64,000 bases of DNA, taken from assembly GCA_963664395.2 (NCBI GenBank), contig OY761159.2, positions 1,376,001-1,440,000 on the forward strand. Reading direction: 5' to 3'. The notes under the pieces were generated by a model, which did no database searches, was not told the DNA's origin, and saw nothing but the letters and a program-made list of their open reading frames with translations. The first letter of the stretch is position 1; each line of letters starts with the position of its first letter. The position numbers and the translations under genes were made by a program. Shown here piece by piece: positions 10,354-21,899 of the stretch. The DNA is from Candidatus Binatia bacterium (GTDB taxonomy: Bacteria; Desulfobacterota; Binatia; Bin18).

Positions 10354-10375
10354 AGGGCGGGGGAAACCTCGCCCT
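10354..10375 (+). other. GNRA-capped hairpin after pstS (probable mRNA-stabilising element)
   Basis: AGGGCGGGG-GAAA-CCTCGCCCT, with no U run. Confidence 0.4.
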
Positions 10376-10419
10376 CCTTCGTTCGTCCTGTCCTCGTAGT
10401 ATCATAAGATAGGTCCGTC

Positions 10420-12768
10420 ATGCCGGAGATGCAGGAACATACATCCCAACCGTCGCCGCTGCCGACCTCAAGCGGGGAGCATCCGGTTGAGGTCCGTCTC
10501 TCGGCGACTGAAGATAAAAGCCGGATGCAACGCAAAAAGCTGGCGGATAAGGCCGCGACTATCCTGATCACCTGTGGCGGCTTTGCCGTGATTCTGAGCA
10601 TCGCGGCGATTCTTTTTGTGATCGTGGCAGAGACCTTACCCCTCTGGAACGCGCCAACCGCCGAGCTTGAGGCTCCGCCAACTCCGCTGGCCGACCTGGT
10701 CGGCAGTGAGCACGCTGCGGACGTTCTTGCTCTGGGCATTGGTGAATATCGAGAGATCGCCTACACGATTACCCAGGCGGGAACCGTTGACTTTATTTCC
10801 CTCACAGACAACCGACTCCTTCAGCGCTATGAGGTCCAGGCCCTTCAGGGACGCCGGATCACTGCGCTGCACTATCGCAACCTGACCCACACCGCTGCGC
10901 TCGGAACCGCCGACGGTGTCGTTATTCCCCTGACGATTTCCTTTCCCATCTCCTTTGAGGGTAAAACGCGCATTACCGCGCCTCAGGTCACGGAAAAAGA
11001 TGCGATTGTCCTGGACCCACACGGTCGCGCTATTAGCGCGCTGGCCTATCAATACACGAATGACACCGATGAGGATGAAGAGCGGTGGGCGCTGGCGGCC
11101 CTGCTCGGCCCCCACACCCTGCTCTTTATGACCCAAACAACACAAGAATCATTTTTAGGCGAGCCCGAAATCATAGAGCACCGGACAGAACTTTCAACTG
11201 CTCTGGACGCTGCGGCCACTGCAGTAACACTAGATGCCGAACAGCGAAATCTATTTGCCGCGCTAGAGACCGGTGAGGTCATACACTGGGATATTAGTGA
11301 TGCTGCTGCACCGCGGGTCGCCCAACGCCTACGGGGCGGGAGTCAGAAGCGGGCCCCGGTTCGGACAATGGCCTGGTTGATTGGAGATCGTTCTCTCGTC
11401 ATGGGCGATGACGCCGGAGGGGTGAGTGTCTGGTTCCAAGTCCGCGATCAGGATAATCCAGCCGAACTCCCATTTCGTGAAATTCATGTGATGCAGTCTC
11501 ACCAGGCGGCCATCACTGCCATCTCTGCCTCTCCCCGCAATAAAGGCTTTGTCACCGGCGATACGACCGGCGCGGTTCGGGTGCAATACGCCACCACCGA
11601 AGCCACCATGTTGAGCCGCGACACCAGCGGCAGTCCGGTTACGCATCTTACCTATGCCCCACGTACAAACGGCATCCTGGCCCTCAATCAACGGGGCCAG
11701 CTGTATCACTGGGCAATCGACAATCCCCATCCGGAAATTACCCTCTCCACCCTGTTTGGAAAGGTCTGGTACGAAGGCTATGACGCCCCGGATCATACCT
11801 GGCAATCCAGTAGTGGAACGGATGATTTTGAGCCGAAATTCAGTCTTTCTCCGCTAGCCTACGGGACGTTGAAAGGAACGTTTTACGCCCTGCTGTTGGC
11901 CATTCCCCTCAGTCTGTGCGGCGCTCTGTATACCTCCCAGTTCATGCACCCGCGCCTGCGCAATATCGTCAAGCCCTCGGTTGAGGTTATGGCCGCCCTG
12001 CCCAGTGTGGTGCTCGGCTTTTTTGCCGGCCTCTGGCTGGCGCCCCTTGTTGCGGACATGGTGCCGGCGCTGTTGCTAGTGTTTGTGGCGCTGCCACTTG
12101 TGACCCTGAGCGCCTCATTTGCCTGGCGTCTGCTCCCTCTTGCGTTTCGCAGTAACCTGAAACCCGGTGCCGAACTCTTTTTTCTGGTCCCGTTACTGAT
12201 GGGTACGATCTATGTCTGTATATTGCTCGATAATCCGCTCGAAGCCGCCCTCTTCGCCGGCGATTTTCCCCAATGGCTGTATGACACCAGCGGGGTTCGG
12301 TATGACCCGCGCAACTCCCTTATTGTGGGGTTTGCTATGGGCTTTGCCGTGATCCCCATCATTTACACCATCTGTGAAGATGCGTTTTCCAACGTCCCGC
12401 AGCATCTTATTTCAGGCTCTTTAGCGCTGGGGGCGACGCGCTGGCAAACCGCCCTGCGAGTCGTGCTGCCAACCGCCAGCCCCGGTGTGTTCTCTGCGAT
12501 GATGATCGGCTTTGGTCGAGCGGTCGGTGAAACGATGATTGTCCTTATGGCCACCGGCAACACGCCCATCATGGACTTTGATCCCTTTACCGGCTTCCGA
12601 GCCTTATCGGCTAATATCGCCGTGGAAATCCCCGAAGCTCCCCACGGCGGGACACTCTACCGAGTCCTCTTCCTCGCCGCCCTGCTCCTTTTTATTTTAA
12701 CGTTTTTGGTGAATACCGCGGCGGAAGTTGTCCGCCAACGCTTACGAGACCGCTATGGACGCATCTAA
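10420..12768 (+). CDS. pstC: Phosphate ABC permease PstC, long form with periplasmic beta-propeller-like insert
   Basis: [51 protein letters not shown]. Confidence 0.93.
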   Translation: MPEMQEHTSQPSPLPTSSGEHPVEVRLSATEDKSRMQRKKLADKAATILITCGGFAVILSIAAILFVIVAETLPLWNAPTAELEAPPTPLADLVGSEHAADVLALGIGEYREIAYTITQAGTVDFISLTDNRLLQRYEVQALQGRRITALHYRNLTHTAALGTADGVVIPLTISFPISFEGKTRITAPQVTEKDAIVLDPHGRAISALAYQYTNDTDEDEERWALAALLGPHTLLFMTQTTQESFLGEPEIIEHRTELSTALDAAATAVTLDAEQRNLFAALETGEVIHWDISDAAAPRVAQRLRGGSQKRAPVRTMAWLIGDRSLVMGDDAGGVSVWFQVRDQDNPAELPFREIHVMQSHQAAITAISASPRNKGFVTGDTTGAVRVQYATTEATMLSRDTSGSPVTHLTYAPRTNGILALNQRGQLYHWAIDNPHPEITLSTLFGKVWYEGYDAPDHTWQSSSGTDDFEPKFSLSPLAYGTLKGTFYALLLAIPLSLCGALYTSQFMHPRLRNIVKPSVEVMAALPSVVLGFFAGLWLAPLVADMVPALLLVFVALPLVTLSASFAWRLLPLAFRSNLKPGAELFFLVPLLMGTIYVCILLDNPLEAALFAGDFPQWLYDTSGVRYDPRNSLIVGFAMGFAVIPIIYTICEDAFSNVPQHLISGSLALGATRWQTALRVVLPTASPGVFSAMMIGFGRAVGETMIVLMATGNTPIMDFDPFTGFRALSANIAVEIPEAPHGGTLYRVLFLAALLLFILTFLVNTAAEVVRQRLRDRYGRI

Positions 12769-14437
12769 TTCTTCAGCGCTTTCCGCGCCGCACTCATCCG
12801 GAGGCGGTATGTTCAAAAGTTTTCTACGCAGCGGCGACCCTTTCATCTGGCTGACGGGGGGAACCTTGGCCTTCAGTCTGCTCATGATCGCTGCCTTAAT
12901 TTGGATCGTTGGGGCCAATGCCCTTGGATTCTTCTGGCCCACTCAACTCAGAGCCGTTGCCCTTCAGGACGGACACAAGCTCCTGGGAGCAGTCCGGGCC
13001 CAGGAGGCTATTCCGCAACAGACCGGAGACGACCTGGAACAGTATCGGACGCAGTTCCAGGTCGCGAACCGTGACCTGTATGGGGCTGATTTTCGTTGGG
13101 TCGATGACAGCCTGATGACCGGGCACTCGTTTCCGGAGCAGGCAATTTATTTAGAACGGTATGAATGGGGGCCCTTTTTTGGCTTTCTCACCACGGTGCG
13201 CCAAGACCGCGTGGCCGTGGCCGAGGGCTTTGCCCAAGCCTGGCCACAATTCCTCGCCCTCCACACCCAGACGCAGGCGACGCTCGATGCCATTCACACC
13301 ATCGAAAAGAAAGACATTGGTCAGATCAGCTATGAACTCGAACAACTGCGCATTGCCGTCAAGCGCGTCCAACGCAGAGAAACCGATCCTGGCCGCGCCC
13401 CCGAAAAAATTGCCGCCCTCGAGCAAGCCATAGCAACCTGGCAACAGACCTATGAGGAGAAGGCCCAAGAACTGGCTGCTCTGTACGCAGAAAACGCGCG
13501 TTATCACATTGTTGTGCAGGACATTAATGGCAAAGAGAAAGAGCTGTTGATCGCTGGTATTGTGCGCGGCTTTCTGCCCAATAATATGAGTTGGTTGGAA
13601 CGGCTCGGCCTGTATGTGGCTCGATTTTGGGAATTCTTTTGGGAAGACCCGCGCGAGGCAAACACCGAAGGAGGCGTGTTCCCCGCCATTTTTGGCACCG
13701 TCATGATGGTCATGGTCATGAGCATTGTTGTGGTCCCCTTTGGCGTGGTCGCCGCCCTGTATCTCCGAGAATATGCCAAGCAGGGCCCCCTCGTCCGCGT
13801 CGTCCGGATCGCAGTCAACAACCTGGCTGGTGTACCCTCTATTGTTTTTGGCGTCTTTGGCTTGGGTTTTTTTGTCTATGGTATTGGCGGGACGCTGGAC
13901 CAACTCTTCTACCAGGATGCCCTCCCAACCCCGACGTATGGCACCGGCGGGATTCTGTGGGCTTCGTTGACCTTAGCCTTGCTGACCGTCCCGGTGGTGA
14001 TTGTAGCAACCGAAGAATCGTTGTCCGCCATACCACGCGAGTGGCGGGAGGGCTCCCTGGCACTTGGAGCGACCAAGTGGGAGACCCTCCGAAAAATTGT
14101 TATTCCAGGCGCGTTGCCGGGGATTCTGACTGGGACTATTCTGGCCATGGCACGCGGCGCCGGGGAAGTCGCCCCGCTTATGATCACTGGTGTTGTCAAA
14201 CTGGCCCCGACATTACCCGTTGACGGCCACTGGCCGTTCTTTCATCTGGAACGTAAATTTATGCATCTCGGATTTCATATTTACGATGTTGGTTTCCAGT
14301 CGCCCAATGTCGAGGCGGCAAAGCCCATGGTCTTTATGACGACCCTGCTGCTGCTTGTGATCGTCATTGCTTTGAACCTGGCTGCGATTACGATTCGGAA
14401 TCGCTTACGCAGCCGCTTGCGCTTTGGAGCTTTCTAA
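12755..14437 (+). CDS. pstA: Phosphate ABC permease PstA, long form
   Basis: [50 protein letters not shown]. Confidence 0.93.
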   Translation: MDASNSSALSAPHSSGGGMFKSFLRSGDPFIWLTGGTLAFSLLMIAALIWIVGANALGFFWPTQLRAVALQDGHKLLGAVRAQEAIPQQTGDDLEQYRTQFQVANRDLYGADFRWVDDSLMTGHSFPEQAIYLERYEWGPFFGFLTTVRQDRVAVAEGFAQAWPQFLALHTQTQATLDAIHTIEKKDIGQISYELEQLRIAVKRVQRRETDPGRAPEKIAALEQAIATWQQTYEEKAQELAALYAENARYHIVVQDINGKEKELLIAGIVRGFLPNNMSWLERLGLYVARFWEFFWEDPREANTEGGVFPAIFGTVMMVMVMSIVVVPFGVVAALYLREYAKQGPLVRVVRIAVNNLAGVPSIVFGVFGLGFFVYGIGGTLDQLFYQDALPTPTYGTGGILWASLTLALLTVPVVIVATEESLSAIPREWREGSLALGATKWETLRKIVIPGALPGILTGTILAMARGAGEVAPLMITGVVKLAPTLPVDGHWPFFHLERKFMHLGFHIYDVGFQSPNVEAAKPMVFMTTLLLLVIVIALNLAAITIRNRLRSRLRFGAF

Positions 14438-14450
14438 AGGGAGTGTTAGT

Positions 14451-15308
14451 ATGGAAAGTCAGGAAAGATCGCCGGTCGGCCATGCCGTCACACTGCCGCC
14501 GCGACCGGAGTCGGGCAACAGTCATGACCCAACGGCCCTCGGCACGCATGACACAATAGAGATCGAGATTCGGGATGTCTGCCTCAGTTACGACGGCACG
14601 ACTCAGACCCTCAAGCACATCAATATGGACATTGCAAAAGGACAAGTGACGGCGTTCATCGGTCCTTCGGGCTGTGGGAAGTCAACCCTGCTGCGCTGCC
14701 TGAATCGCCTGAACGACCTGGTCGATGGCTGTACGATGAGCGGCAGCATTATCATGGCTGGCCTCCAAATCCTTGACCGAACGCTTGATGTGACAGCACT
14801 CCGCAAACGGGTCGGTATGGTGTTCCAAAAGCCGAATCCTTTTCCCAAGACTATCTATGAAAATGTTGCCTACGGGCCGCGTGTCCTCGGCATTCACAAC
14901 AAGGCTCAACTTGATGATATTGTTGAGAAGAGCCTGCGCGACGCGGCCCTCTGGAATGAAGCCAAGGATCGTCTGCATGACAATGCCCTGGGTTTATCCG
15001 GTGGTCAGCATCAACGCCTGTGTATTGCCCGGACCATTGCGATTGAGCCGGAAGTCGTCCTGATGGATGAGCCCTGTTCTGCTCTTGACCCGATTGCCAC
15101 GACAAAAATTGAAGAGCTCATTCATGAGCTCAAAAAGCAGTACACCATTGTCATCGTCACCCACAATATGCAGCAGGCCGCGCGTGTATCCGACGCTACA
15201 GCCTTTCTGTATCTGGGTGAATTGATAGAATTCGGGCAGACCGAAAAATTATTTACCACCCCGGAAAAACAGGCAACAGAATATTATATTACGGGCCGGT
15301 TCGGCTAG
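14451..15308 (+). CDS. pstB: Phosphate ABC ATP-binding protein
   Basis: [48 protein letters not shown]. Confidence 0.97.
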   Translation: MESQERSPVGHAVTLPPRPESGNSHDPTALGTHDTIEIEIRDVCLSYDGTTQTLKHINMDIAKGQVTAFIGPSGCGKSTLLRCLNRLNDLVDGCTMSGSIIMAGLQILDRTLDVTALRKRVGMVFQKPNPFPKTIYENVAYGPRVLGIHNKAQLDDIVEKSLRDAALWNEAKDRLHDNALGLSGGQHQRLCIARTIAIEPEVVLMDEPCSALDPIATTKIEELIHELKKQYTIVIVTHNMQQAARVSDATAFLYLGELIEFGQTEKLFTTPEKQATEYYITGRFG

Positions 15309-15330
15309 AGCGGTAAGAAACGGGGGCACT

Positions 15331-16086
15331 ATGCCACTACATACGGATAGCCAGTACGAAGAAGAACTTCAGCAACTCCGGGCCAAGGTATTGGAAATGG
15401 GGGGGCTGGTTGAAAAACAGATCGGTGACGCAGTCACCTCGCTTATAGAGCGCGATTCGGCAATGGCCCACGCGGTGATAGAACGCGACCATATGGTCAA
15501 CTATCTTGATGTCGTCATTGATGAGGCCTGTATCCGTTTACTGGCCCTGCATCAGCCCGCCGCTCGGGATTTGCGCTTTATTACCACCAGTCTGCGGATT
15601 TCAACTGATCTTGAGCGTATCGGCGATATTGCCGAGAATATCTGCGAGCGGGCGCTCGAACTCAATCAGGAGTCGCCGCTCAAACCGCGGCCCGAATTAC
15701 CCGAAATGGCTGAGGGGGCACGCGCCATGCTGCGCGATAGTCTCGACGCCTTTTTGCAGTCCTCGTCCGATGTCACAGCCTCCTCCAACACACGCGCCAC
15801 GCTACAAGATAGTCTCGACGATTTTGCGCGTGAGGCTCCCGACCTCGCCCTCAGCGTGTGTCAGCGAGATGACCGGATTGATGATTTAACCGCCCAGATC
15901 TTCAACGCGATACTCTCTCAGATGCGGCAGGACCCTGAATACGCCAGCCGCGCAACGCGGATATTGTTTGTCGCCAAATACCTTGAGCGCGTTGCCGACC
16001 ACGCGACCAATATTGCCGAGATGGTCATCTATCTGGCGAAGGGCAAGAGCATACGCCACGTCTCGCCTTTACCCGATTCGGTCTGA
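15331..16086 (+). CDS. phoU: Phosphate signalling protein PhoU
   Basis: QPAARDLR, DLERIGDIA, LERVADHATNIAE. Confidence 0.95.
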   Translation: MPLHTDSQYEEELQQLRAKVLEMGGLVEKQIGDAVTSLIERDSAMAHAVIERDHMVNYLDVVIDEACIRLLALHQPAARDLRFITTSLRISTDLERIGDIAENICERALELNQESPLKPRPELPEMAEGARAMLRDSLDAFLQSSSDVTASSNTRATLQDSLDDFAREAPDLALSVCQRDDRIDDLTAQIFNAILSQMRQDPEYASRATRILFVAKYLERVADHATNIAEMVIYLAKGKSIRHVSPLPDSV

Positions 16087-16099
16087 AACAGAGGAGGCT

Positions 16100-16855
16100 A
16101 TGGCAGTACAACAGGCAGCAGGGGTAGTCGTGGGGACCAAGCGAAAAATTCTCATTGTTGAGGATGAAAAAGATATCCGCGACCTGATTCGGTATAATCT
16201 GGAAACCGAAGGCTTTGCCGTCCTCGAAGCCGGTGACGGCGAGGTGAGTCTGCATCTGGCCGCTGCCGAACGGCCGGCGCTTGTGATTCTCGACTTGATG
16301 CTGCCCGGCCTGTCCGGCCTTGAGGTGTGTCGAATCTTACGCTCGAAAGACAAGACGGCCACCGTCCCGATCCTGATCCTGACAGCACGCGCCTCCGAGC
16401 TCGATAAAGTCCTGGGCCTCGAAATGGGGGCGGACGATTACGTCACCAAACCCTTTAGTCCGCGCGAACTCGTCGCTCGGGTCAAAGCCGTCCTGCGGCG
16501 GACCTATGGTCCAGCGGCGGACCAACCGCATCAAATGTATGAACGGGGTCGGCTGCAGGTCGATTACGATACGTACGAAATTATGCTCGATGGCCAGCCT
16601 CTGGAACTCGGTCTGCGCGAATTTGAATTACTCAAATTTTTCGTGCAGTCCCCCAACCGGGTCTTCAGCCGTACCCAAATTCTTGATCTGGTGTGGGGAC
16701 AGAACGTCTATATTGAGCCCCGCACGGTTGACGTCCATATCCGCCGCTTACGGCAGCGCATTGAGCAGGACGATGCCAACCCAAGCCTGATCCTTACCGT
16801 GCGTGGGGTTGGGTATAAATTTAACCCGGACGCGCTTGACGCCTGGCAGCGCTGA
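16100..16855 (+). CDS. phoB: PhoB-type response regulator
   Basis: Receiver plus winged helix: GADDYVTKPFSPREL, RTVDVHIRRLR, TVRGVGY; GAGGAGG RBS. Confidence 0.9.
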   Translation: MAVQQAAGVVVGTKRKILIVEDEKDIRDLIRYNLETEGFAVLEAGDGEVSLHLAAAERPALVILDLMLPGLSGLEVCRILRSKDKTATVPILILTARASELDKVLGLEMGADDYVTKPFSPRELVARVKAVLRRTYGPAADQPHQMYERGRLQVDYDTYEIMLDGQPLELGLREFELLKFFVQSPNRVFSRTQILDLVWGQNVYIEPRTVDVHIRRLRQRIEQDDANPSLILTVRGVGYKFNPDALDAWQR

Positions 16856-16881
16856 CACCGGACGAAGAGCGGCACCTTCGC

Positions 16882-18435
16882 GTGAAAAACAGCATTACCT
16901 TTTCCATTCTGTTTCCGGTTGGTCTGGCGCTGCTGGCCCTGCTCTTCCTCCAGCTCTTTTTTCTCTTTCCTGCGGAAGCGCGCCCGCTGTGGGTCTGGTA
17001 TGGCACCCTTGTCTGCGCCCTTGCCGCGCTGGGCGGTGCGTTCGCTCAGAGTACCCAACTCCGGCAACGCTTGCGTGCTCTCAGCACCTTTCTGACTAGT
17101 GTCCCGGACCGAACCCCGCTGCCCACTCTCCTGGTCCGAAAAAACGACGAGTTGGGCAATATCGAGCACCAGCTCTCCCGGCTCCTCAATGCCCAGAGCC
17201 AACAGCTCCAACAGCTCCAAGACGAGAAGAAAGAACTCGAAGCCCTCCTCCACACGATGGCCGAAGGCATTGTCGTGATTGACTTGAGTGGCAGTATCGT
17301 GCGTTGCAACCCGGCCGCTTTGCACCTGTTTGGTCTCAACCCGGCGGAAGACTGGCGGGGAAGACCCTTTCACGAATTTTCCCGCCACCCTGTTCTGCAC
17401 CAGCTTTTGTCCGCGGACGCGGCTGAGGGGGTTACCCGGGAAATCGAAGTGGAAGGGCGGGAGCCACGCCAACTCGCCGTGAGTGTCTTGCGCCTGTTAC
17501 ATACCGATGGAAATGGAACGCATAGGGTCAGCCGCCCAACGGCCAACGGGTACGTGTTAAGCTGTCACGACTTGACCCCAATCAAACGGCTTGAATCCAT
17601 CCGGGCAGACTTTGTGGCCAATGTGTCGCACGAACTCCGCACCCCGCTCACCGCGATCAAGGGCTATGCGGAAACCCTCCTCACGGGTGCACTGCAAGAT
17701 CCCGAGCACGCCACCCGCTTTCTCACGATTATTGACCGGCACTCGGAACGCCTCAGCCGTCTCATAGACGATCTCCTCACCCTGTCCAACTTAGAACTTG
17801 GCCGGGCCGAGCTCCACCGCAAAGAACTGCTCATCTCCGAGTTGATCCAGGAAGCGTTTGATGTGGTACAAGAGAAAGCCCAACGTGGGAAAGTGACCCT
17901 CTCTCAGCATATCCCGCCGGCCCTCCCGGCAGTGAGAGGAGATCGTGATCGACTGCATCAAGTCCTGATCAATCTGATCGATAATGCCGTCAAATATACC
18001 GCCGCTCAGGGTCAGGTCACCGTCTCTGCCAAAATGCACAAAATGCACAAAATGTATAAGATGCATACTCCGCGTGCCGACGGAGAGGAGTCTGAATGGT
18101 GGGGGCAATCCGCCGGGGCGGAGCAACCCCGTACGACCACTGTTGCCAGCGCTCCTGTTGTCGGGGGAGACGACTGGCTGGAGATCGCCATAGCCGATAC
18201 CGGCTGTGGCATCCCGGAAACGGATATCCCGCGTCTGACCCAGCGTTTTTACCGGGTGGATAAAGCCCGTTCACGCGAACTGGGCGGAACAGGATTAGGG
18301 CTGGCGATTGTCAAACACATTGTCCTGGCCCATGGCGGCGCACTCAAGATAGAGAGCAAGGTCAATCACGGCACAACGGTACGCGTCGCCCTGCCGCTCA
18401 CTCCTCTCCCGTCGGATCAAACCACGCATGTGTAA
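16882..18435 (+). CDS. phoR: PhoR-type sensor histidine kinase
   Basis: 2 TM, PAS, FVANVSHELRTPL, NLIDNAVKY, FYRVDKARSRELGGTGLGL. Confidence 0.9.
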   Translation: MKNSITFSILFPVGLALLALLFLQLFFLFPAEARPLWVWYGTLVCALAALGGAFAQSTQLRQRLRALSTFLTSVPDRTPLPTLLVRKNDELGNIEHQLSRLLNAQSQQLQQLQDEKKELEALLHTMAEGIVVIDLSGSIVRCNPAALHLFGLNPAEDWRGRPFHEFSRHPVLHQLLSADAAEGVTREIEVEGREPRQLAVSVLRLLHTDGNGTHRVSRPTANGYVLSCHDLTPIKRLESIRADFVANVSHELRTPLTAIKGYAETLLTGALQDPEHATRFLTIIDRHSERLSRLIDDLLTLSNLELGRAELHRKELLISELIQEAFDVVQEKAQRGKVTLSQHIPPALPAVRGDRDRLHQVLINLIDNAVKYTAAQGQVTVSAKMHKMHKMYKMHTPRADGEESEWWGQSAGAEQPRTTTVASAPVVGGDDWLEIAIADTGCGIPETDIPRLTQRFYRVDKARSRELGGTGLGLAIVKHIVLAHGGALKIESKVNHGTTVRVALPLTPLPSDQTTHV

Positions 18436-18476
18436 GGAGGAGCGTGGCCTTCCAGGCCGCACTTCCATTCATGACT

Positions 18477-18511
18477 GTCGACTTTTCGACCTCCGACTTT
18501 CGACCTTTCAG
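18477..18511. repeat. Heptamer tandem repeat (approx. TTTCGAC) between convergent phoR and cca
   Basis: gtcgac-ttttcgac-ctccgac-tttcgac-ctttcag. Confidence 0.55.
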
Positions 18512-19830
18512 CATTTCGCCGTATACCGCTGCACCCAAGAGAGTGCCGCCTGCCGGGTGAGCACCCTCCCTTCGAGCTGTGCCTCCTCCAGCGCCTCAAG
18601 GATTGTGGAGAACTGGGGGCCTGGTTGAAATCCCATTTGGATAAGATCACGCCCACTCAACAGACCAGGCGGGCTCAGTTCCTCAGGTTCAAGTGCTGCG
18701 AGTTTTTGACGGCAGAAGATATACGCCTCAAGATTGCCGTTTGAGGCCAGGGCATCCAGGCGGGCGAGGTCCAGGAGTTCTTCAATACCGTCCAGGCGCA
18801 GGAAGCGCTTGAGCGTTGCCGCTCGCATGCGGGGCGCGTCAAGGAGACGCAGATGGTTTTTGACCAGAAAGGCCACTCGTTCCCAGGTAGTCCGTGACCG
18901 CTTCAGACGCTGGCAGATTTGAATTGCCATGTCCGCGCCTTGTTCGCAGTGGCCGTAAAACGTAACCCGCTCTCCTTTCTGCCCCTGACACACCGGTTTG
19001 GCGACATCGTGGAGCAGCGCGCCTAGGGCCAGCGCCTCGCTCGGCTGATGCAGCGCGTCGAGCTGCTTCAACACCAGCAGGGTATGGACGAATACGTCTC
19101 CTTCGGGATGAAAATCCGGTGACTGCGCGACACCACGCAGTGTCATGATCTCGGGCAGAATAACGTCCAGCAGTCCGGAGGCAGTGAGCAGTGCAAATGC
19201 CGGCCACGCACGGCCTTCAGTCAGAATTTTGACGACCTCCTCTCCAATCCGCTCCCACGCAATCTCAGCCAGCGTTGGTGCGAACTGCTGCATGGCGGCA
19301 AACGTCTCCGCAGCAATGGAAAAGCCCAGCCGGGCGGCAAAGCGGACGGCTCGAATCATTCGCAAGTGATCTTCTTGAAAGCGTGCCGTCGGGTCTCCAA
19401 TGGCGCGAATGATACGATTGTTGAGATCTGCCTGCCCACCAACATAATCAATGACGGCGTCCGTCAGCGGGTCAAAGAACATGCCATTGATCGTGAAATC
19501 CCGTCTCAGCGCGTCCTCTCGGGCATCGCTGAAACGAACCGCCACCGGGTGACGGCCATCGAGATAGTCGCCATCGGCACGAAACGTCGCCACCTCATAG
19601 GGAACACCCTCCAGAACAACGAGGATGACGCCGAACTGCGCCCCGACCGGGATCGTGTGAGGGAATAATGCCTGCACCTCGGCGACACGGGCATCCGTTG
19701 CGATATCGAAATCTTTGGCTTGCACGCCAAGGAGGCGATCCCGCACACAGCCACCGGCAAAATAGGCCGTATAGCCATGGCGGCGCAGCGTCTGCACAAT
19801 CGTCCTGGCCTGTTCTTCCCGCTGGCTCAT
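18508..19830 (-). CDS. cca: CCA tRNA nucleotidyltransferase with HD domain
   Basis: AGGCVRD, DFDIAT, RRDFTIN, EDHLRMIRAVRF, HPEGDVFVHT, LLHDVAKP. Confidence 0.92.
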   Translation of the reverse strand: MSQREEQARTIVQTLRRHGYTAYFAGGCVRDRLLGVQAKDFDIATDARVAEVQALFPHTIPVGAQFGVILVVLEGVPYEVATFRADGDYLDGRHPVAVRFSDAREDALRRDFTINGMFFDPLTDAVIDYVGGQADLNNRIIRAIGDPTARFQEDHLRMIRAVRFAARLGFSIAAETFAAMQQFAPTLAEIAWERIGEEVVKILTEGRAWPAFALLTASGLLDVILPEIMTLRGVAQSPDFHPEGDVFVHTLLVLKQLDALHQPSEALALGALLHDVAKPVCQGQKGERVTFYGHCEQGADMAIQICQRLKRSRTTWERVAFLVKNHLRLLDAPRMRAATLKRFLRLDGIEELLDLARLDALASNGNLEAYIFCRQKLAALEPEELSPPGLLSGRDLIQMGFQPGPQFSTILEALEEAQLEGRVLTRQAALSWVQRYTAKC

Positions 19831-19945
19831 ACGCGCATGGTGACACGCGACACACAGCAGAGCAATGGAGCACGCCGTGTTGGTATACACGCCTTGTACA
19901 AGCACGCTTGCGACGCCTGGGCAGCCTCGATAGAGTTGGGCTATT

Positions 19946-21364
19946 GTGGGAGTTGCACTACGCGCGCAAGATGTCTGTACCGCCACCAAAGGAACCCTGA
20001 AATGGGGTCGCCCGGACACGCTCTTTACCTCGGTCAGCATCGATTCACGCCACATCGCGCCCCAGGCGCTGTTCGTCCCGCTCGCCGGCGAGCGGGTCAA
20101 TGGCCACCGCTATATCCCGGCTGCGGTGAAGGGCGGAGCGGCCGGCTTTCTTTTTTCGGCGTCTTTCCCGGTCGGGCAATCCGACGGCGCCACCGGGATC
20201 GCAGTCGCCGATCCGCTGACCGCCCTTCAAGACCTCGCCACCTGGCACCGCCAGCGGCTGTCCGCACGGGTGATTGGCATTGCCGGCAGCAATGGCAAAA
20301 CAACGACCAAAGAACTCATGGCCCAGGTCTTTAGCGCCCAGCGACCCACCCGGGCGACCCAGGGGAATCTGAATAATCACATTGGCCTGCCACTGACCCT
20401 GCTATGCGCCGCGCCGGAGGACGACTTCCTGGTCCTGGAAATGGGGACCAGCGGCCCTGGAGAACTCACCGCGCTGGGCCGCTTCGCCCAGCCCCATATT
20501 GGTGTCATTACTACCATTAGCGAAGAACACACCGAGACGCTCGGCGACCTTGAGGGTGTGCTGGCAGCCGAAACCGAATTACTCGCGGCCCTGCCGCCGG
20601 ACGGCGTGGCTATTGTCAATGGCGACGACCGTGTTCTTCTGGACGCCGTCCGGCGCCGGACCCATTGTCGGATTATCACATTTGGCGAACAGCCCACCAA
20701 TCAGGTTCGGGCGTCGCGTATTCAGGTTGCGCGCACGGGGACAAGTTTTCAGATTCATGCCCAAGGACAGAGCCGCCAGGTTCATCTCTCGCTCATTGGC
20801 AGTCATTGTGTCCCTGCTGCACTTGCGACCCTTGCGGCAGCCCTGGAGAATGGCTTGGACCTTGATGCGGCCTGCGCGGCGCTGCGGACCGCCCAGGGCG
20901 CGCCACGTCGTCTTGCCAGGCTCACCGTTCCAGCCTATCAACTGACCGTTCTGGACGATTGCTATAACGCGAATCCAGCCTCCATGCAGCACGCCATACA
21001 GACCGCCACTACGATTCGGAATACCGACGAGCGCCTGCTCCTTGTCTTGGGCGATATGCTCGAGTTGGGTGCGGTCAGTGAGCTACGGCACCGAGAGATC
21101 GGGGCCTATGTCGCCGGGCTCAAACCCGTCCCGGACGCTCTGGTGACGGTTGGCCGGTACGCCCCGCAGCTTGCCGAGGCAACGGTTCAGGCTGGGCTCC
21201 CGGCCCACGTCTTCCCCGATGCAACCGCCGCCGCCCCGTGCGTCCGGGCTCTGGTGCGGCAGGCCGACGGGCCGCAGCTCATGCTGGTCAAAGGCTCCCG
21301 CGGTGTGCATCTGGAGCAGATACTGGAAGCGCTCGTTGACCGGAATGAAAAGGAGGAAGCATGA
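19946..21364 (+). CDS. murF: UDP-N-acetylmuramoyl-tripeptide--D-Ala-D-Ala ligase
   Basis: [46 protein letters not shown]. Confidence 0.92.
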   Translation: MGVALRAQDVCTATKGTLKWGRPDTLFTSVSIDSRHIAPQALFVPLAGERVNGHRYIPAAVKGGAAGFLFSASFPVGQSDGATGIAVADPLTALQDLATWHRQRLSARVIGIAGSNGKTTTKELMAQVFSAQRPTRATQGNLNNHIGLPLTLLCAAPEDDFLVLEMGTSGPGELTALGRFAQPHIGVITTISEEHTETLGDLEGVLAAETELLAALPPDGVAIVNGDDRVLLDAVRRRTHCRIITFGEQPTNQVRASRIQVARTGTSFQIHAQGQSRQVHLSLIGSHCVPAALATLAAALENGLDLDAACAALRTAQGAPRRLARLTVPAYQLTVLDDCYNANPASMQHAIQTATTIRNTDERLLLVLGDMLELGAVSELRHREIGAYVAGLKPVPDALVTVGRYAPQLAEATVQAGLPAHVFPDATAAAPCVRALVRQADGPQLMLVKGSRGVHLEQILEALVDRNEKEEA

Positions 21365-21867
21365 CCCCTCAAATCGGCATCATTATGGGAAGTGATTCAG
21401 ACCTCGAGACGATGAAACAAGCGGCCAAAGTCTGTGAGGAGTTTGAGGTTGGGTATGAAATCCGCGTCCTGTCCGCCCACCGCACCCCGCACGATGCCAC
21501 CGACTATGCGAGTCAGGCGCACGAAAGAGGCCTCAAGGTCATTATTGCCGGAGCCGGAGGAGCCGCCCATCTGGCAGGGGTAGTTGCCGGACATACACCC
21601 CTGCCGGTTATTGGTGTTCCGATAAAGAGTGCGGCCTTCAGCGGACAAGACTCACTGTTGTCCATTGTCCAGATGCCGGCCGGTGTGCCGGTAGCGACCG
21701 TCGCCATCGATGGCGCCCGCAACGCCGGCCTGCTGGCCATTCAAATCCTGGCAACCAGCAACGCGGGTCTGCTAGAACGGTTCCAGGCCTTCAAAGCCGA
21801 ACTGGTTGAAAAGACACGAGACAAAGACCGGCGCTTGCAGGAGCGCGTCAAGGCAGGTGCGCTGTAA
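21361..21867 (+). CDS. purE: N5-CAIR mutase
   Basis: [32 protein letters not shown]. Confidence 0.97.
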   Translation: MTPQIGIIMGSDSDLETMKQAAKVCEEFEVGYEIRVLSAHRTPHDATDYASQAHERGLKVIIAGAGGAAHLAGVVAGHTPLPVIGVPIKSAAFSGQDSLLSIVQMPAGVPVATVAIDGARNAGLLAIQILATSNAGLLERFQAFKAELVEKTRDKDRRLQERVKAGAL

Positions 21868-21899
21868 CAGCTCAAACGGACTTTTCTGAGGGTATTCTT

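Noticed and set aside
10420-14437. Unusually long PstC/PstA
   Set aside because: The long form with periplasmic inserts is already known (Pseudomonas/Vibrio type).
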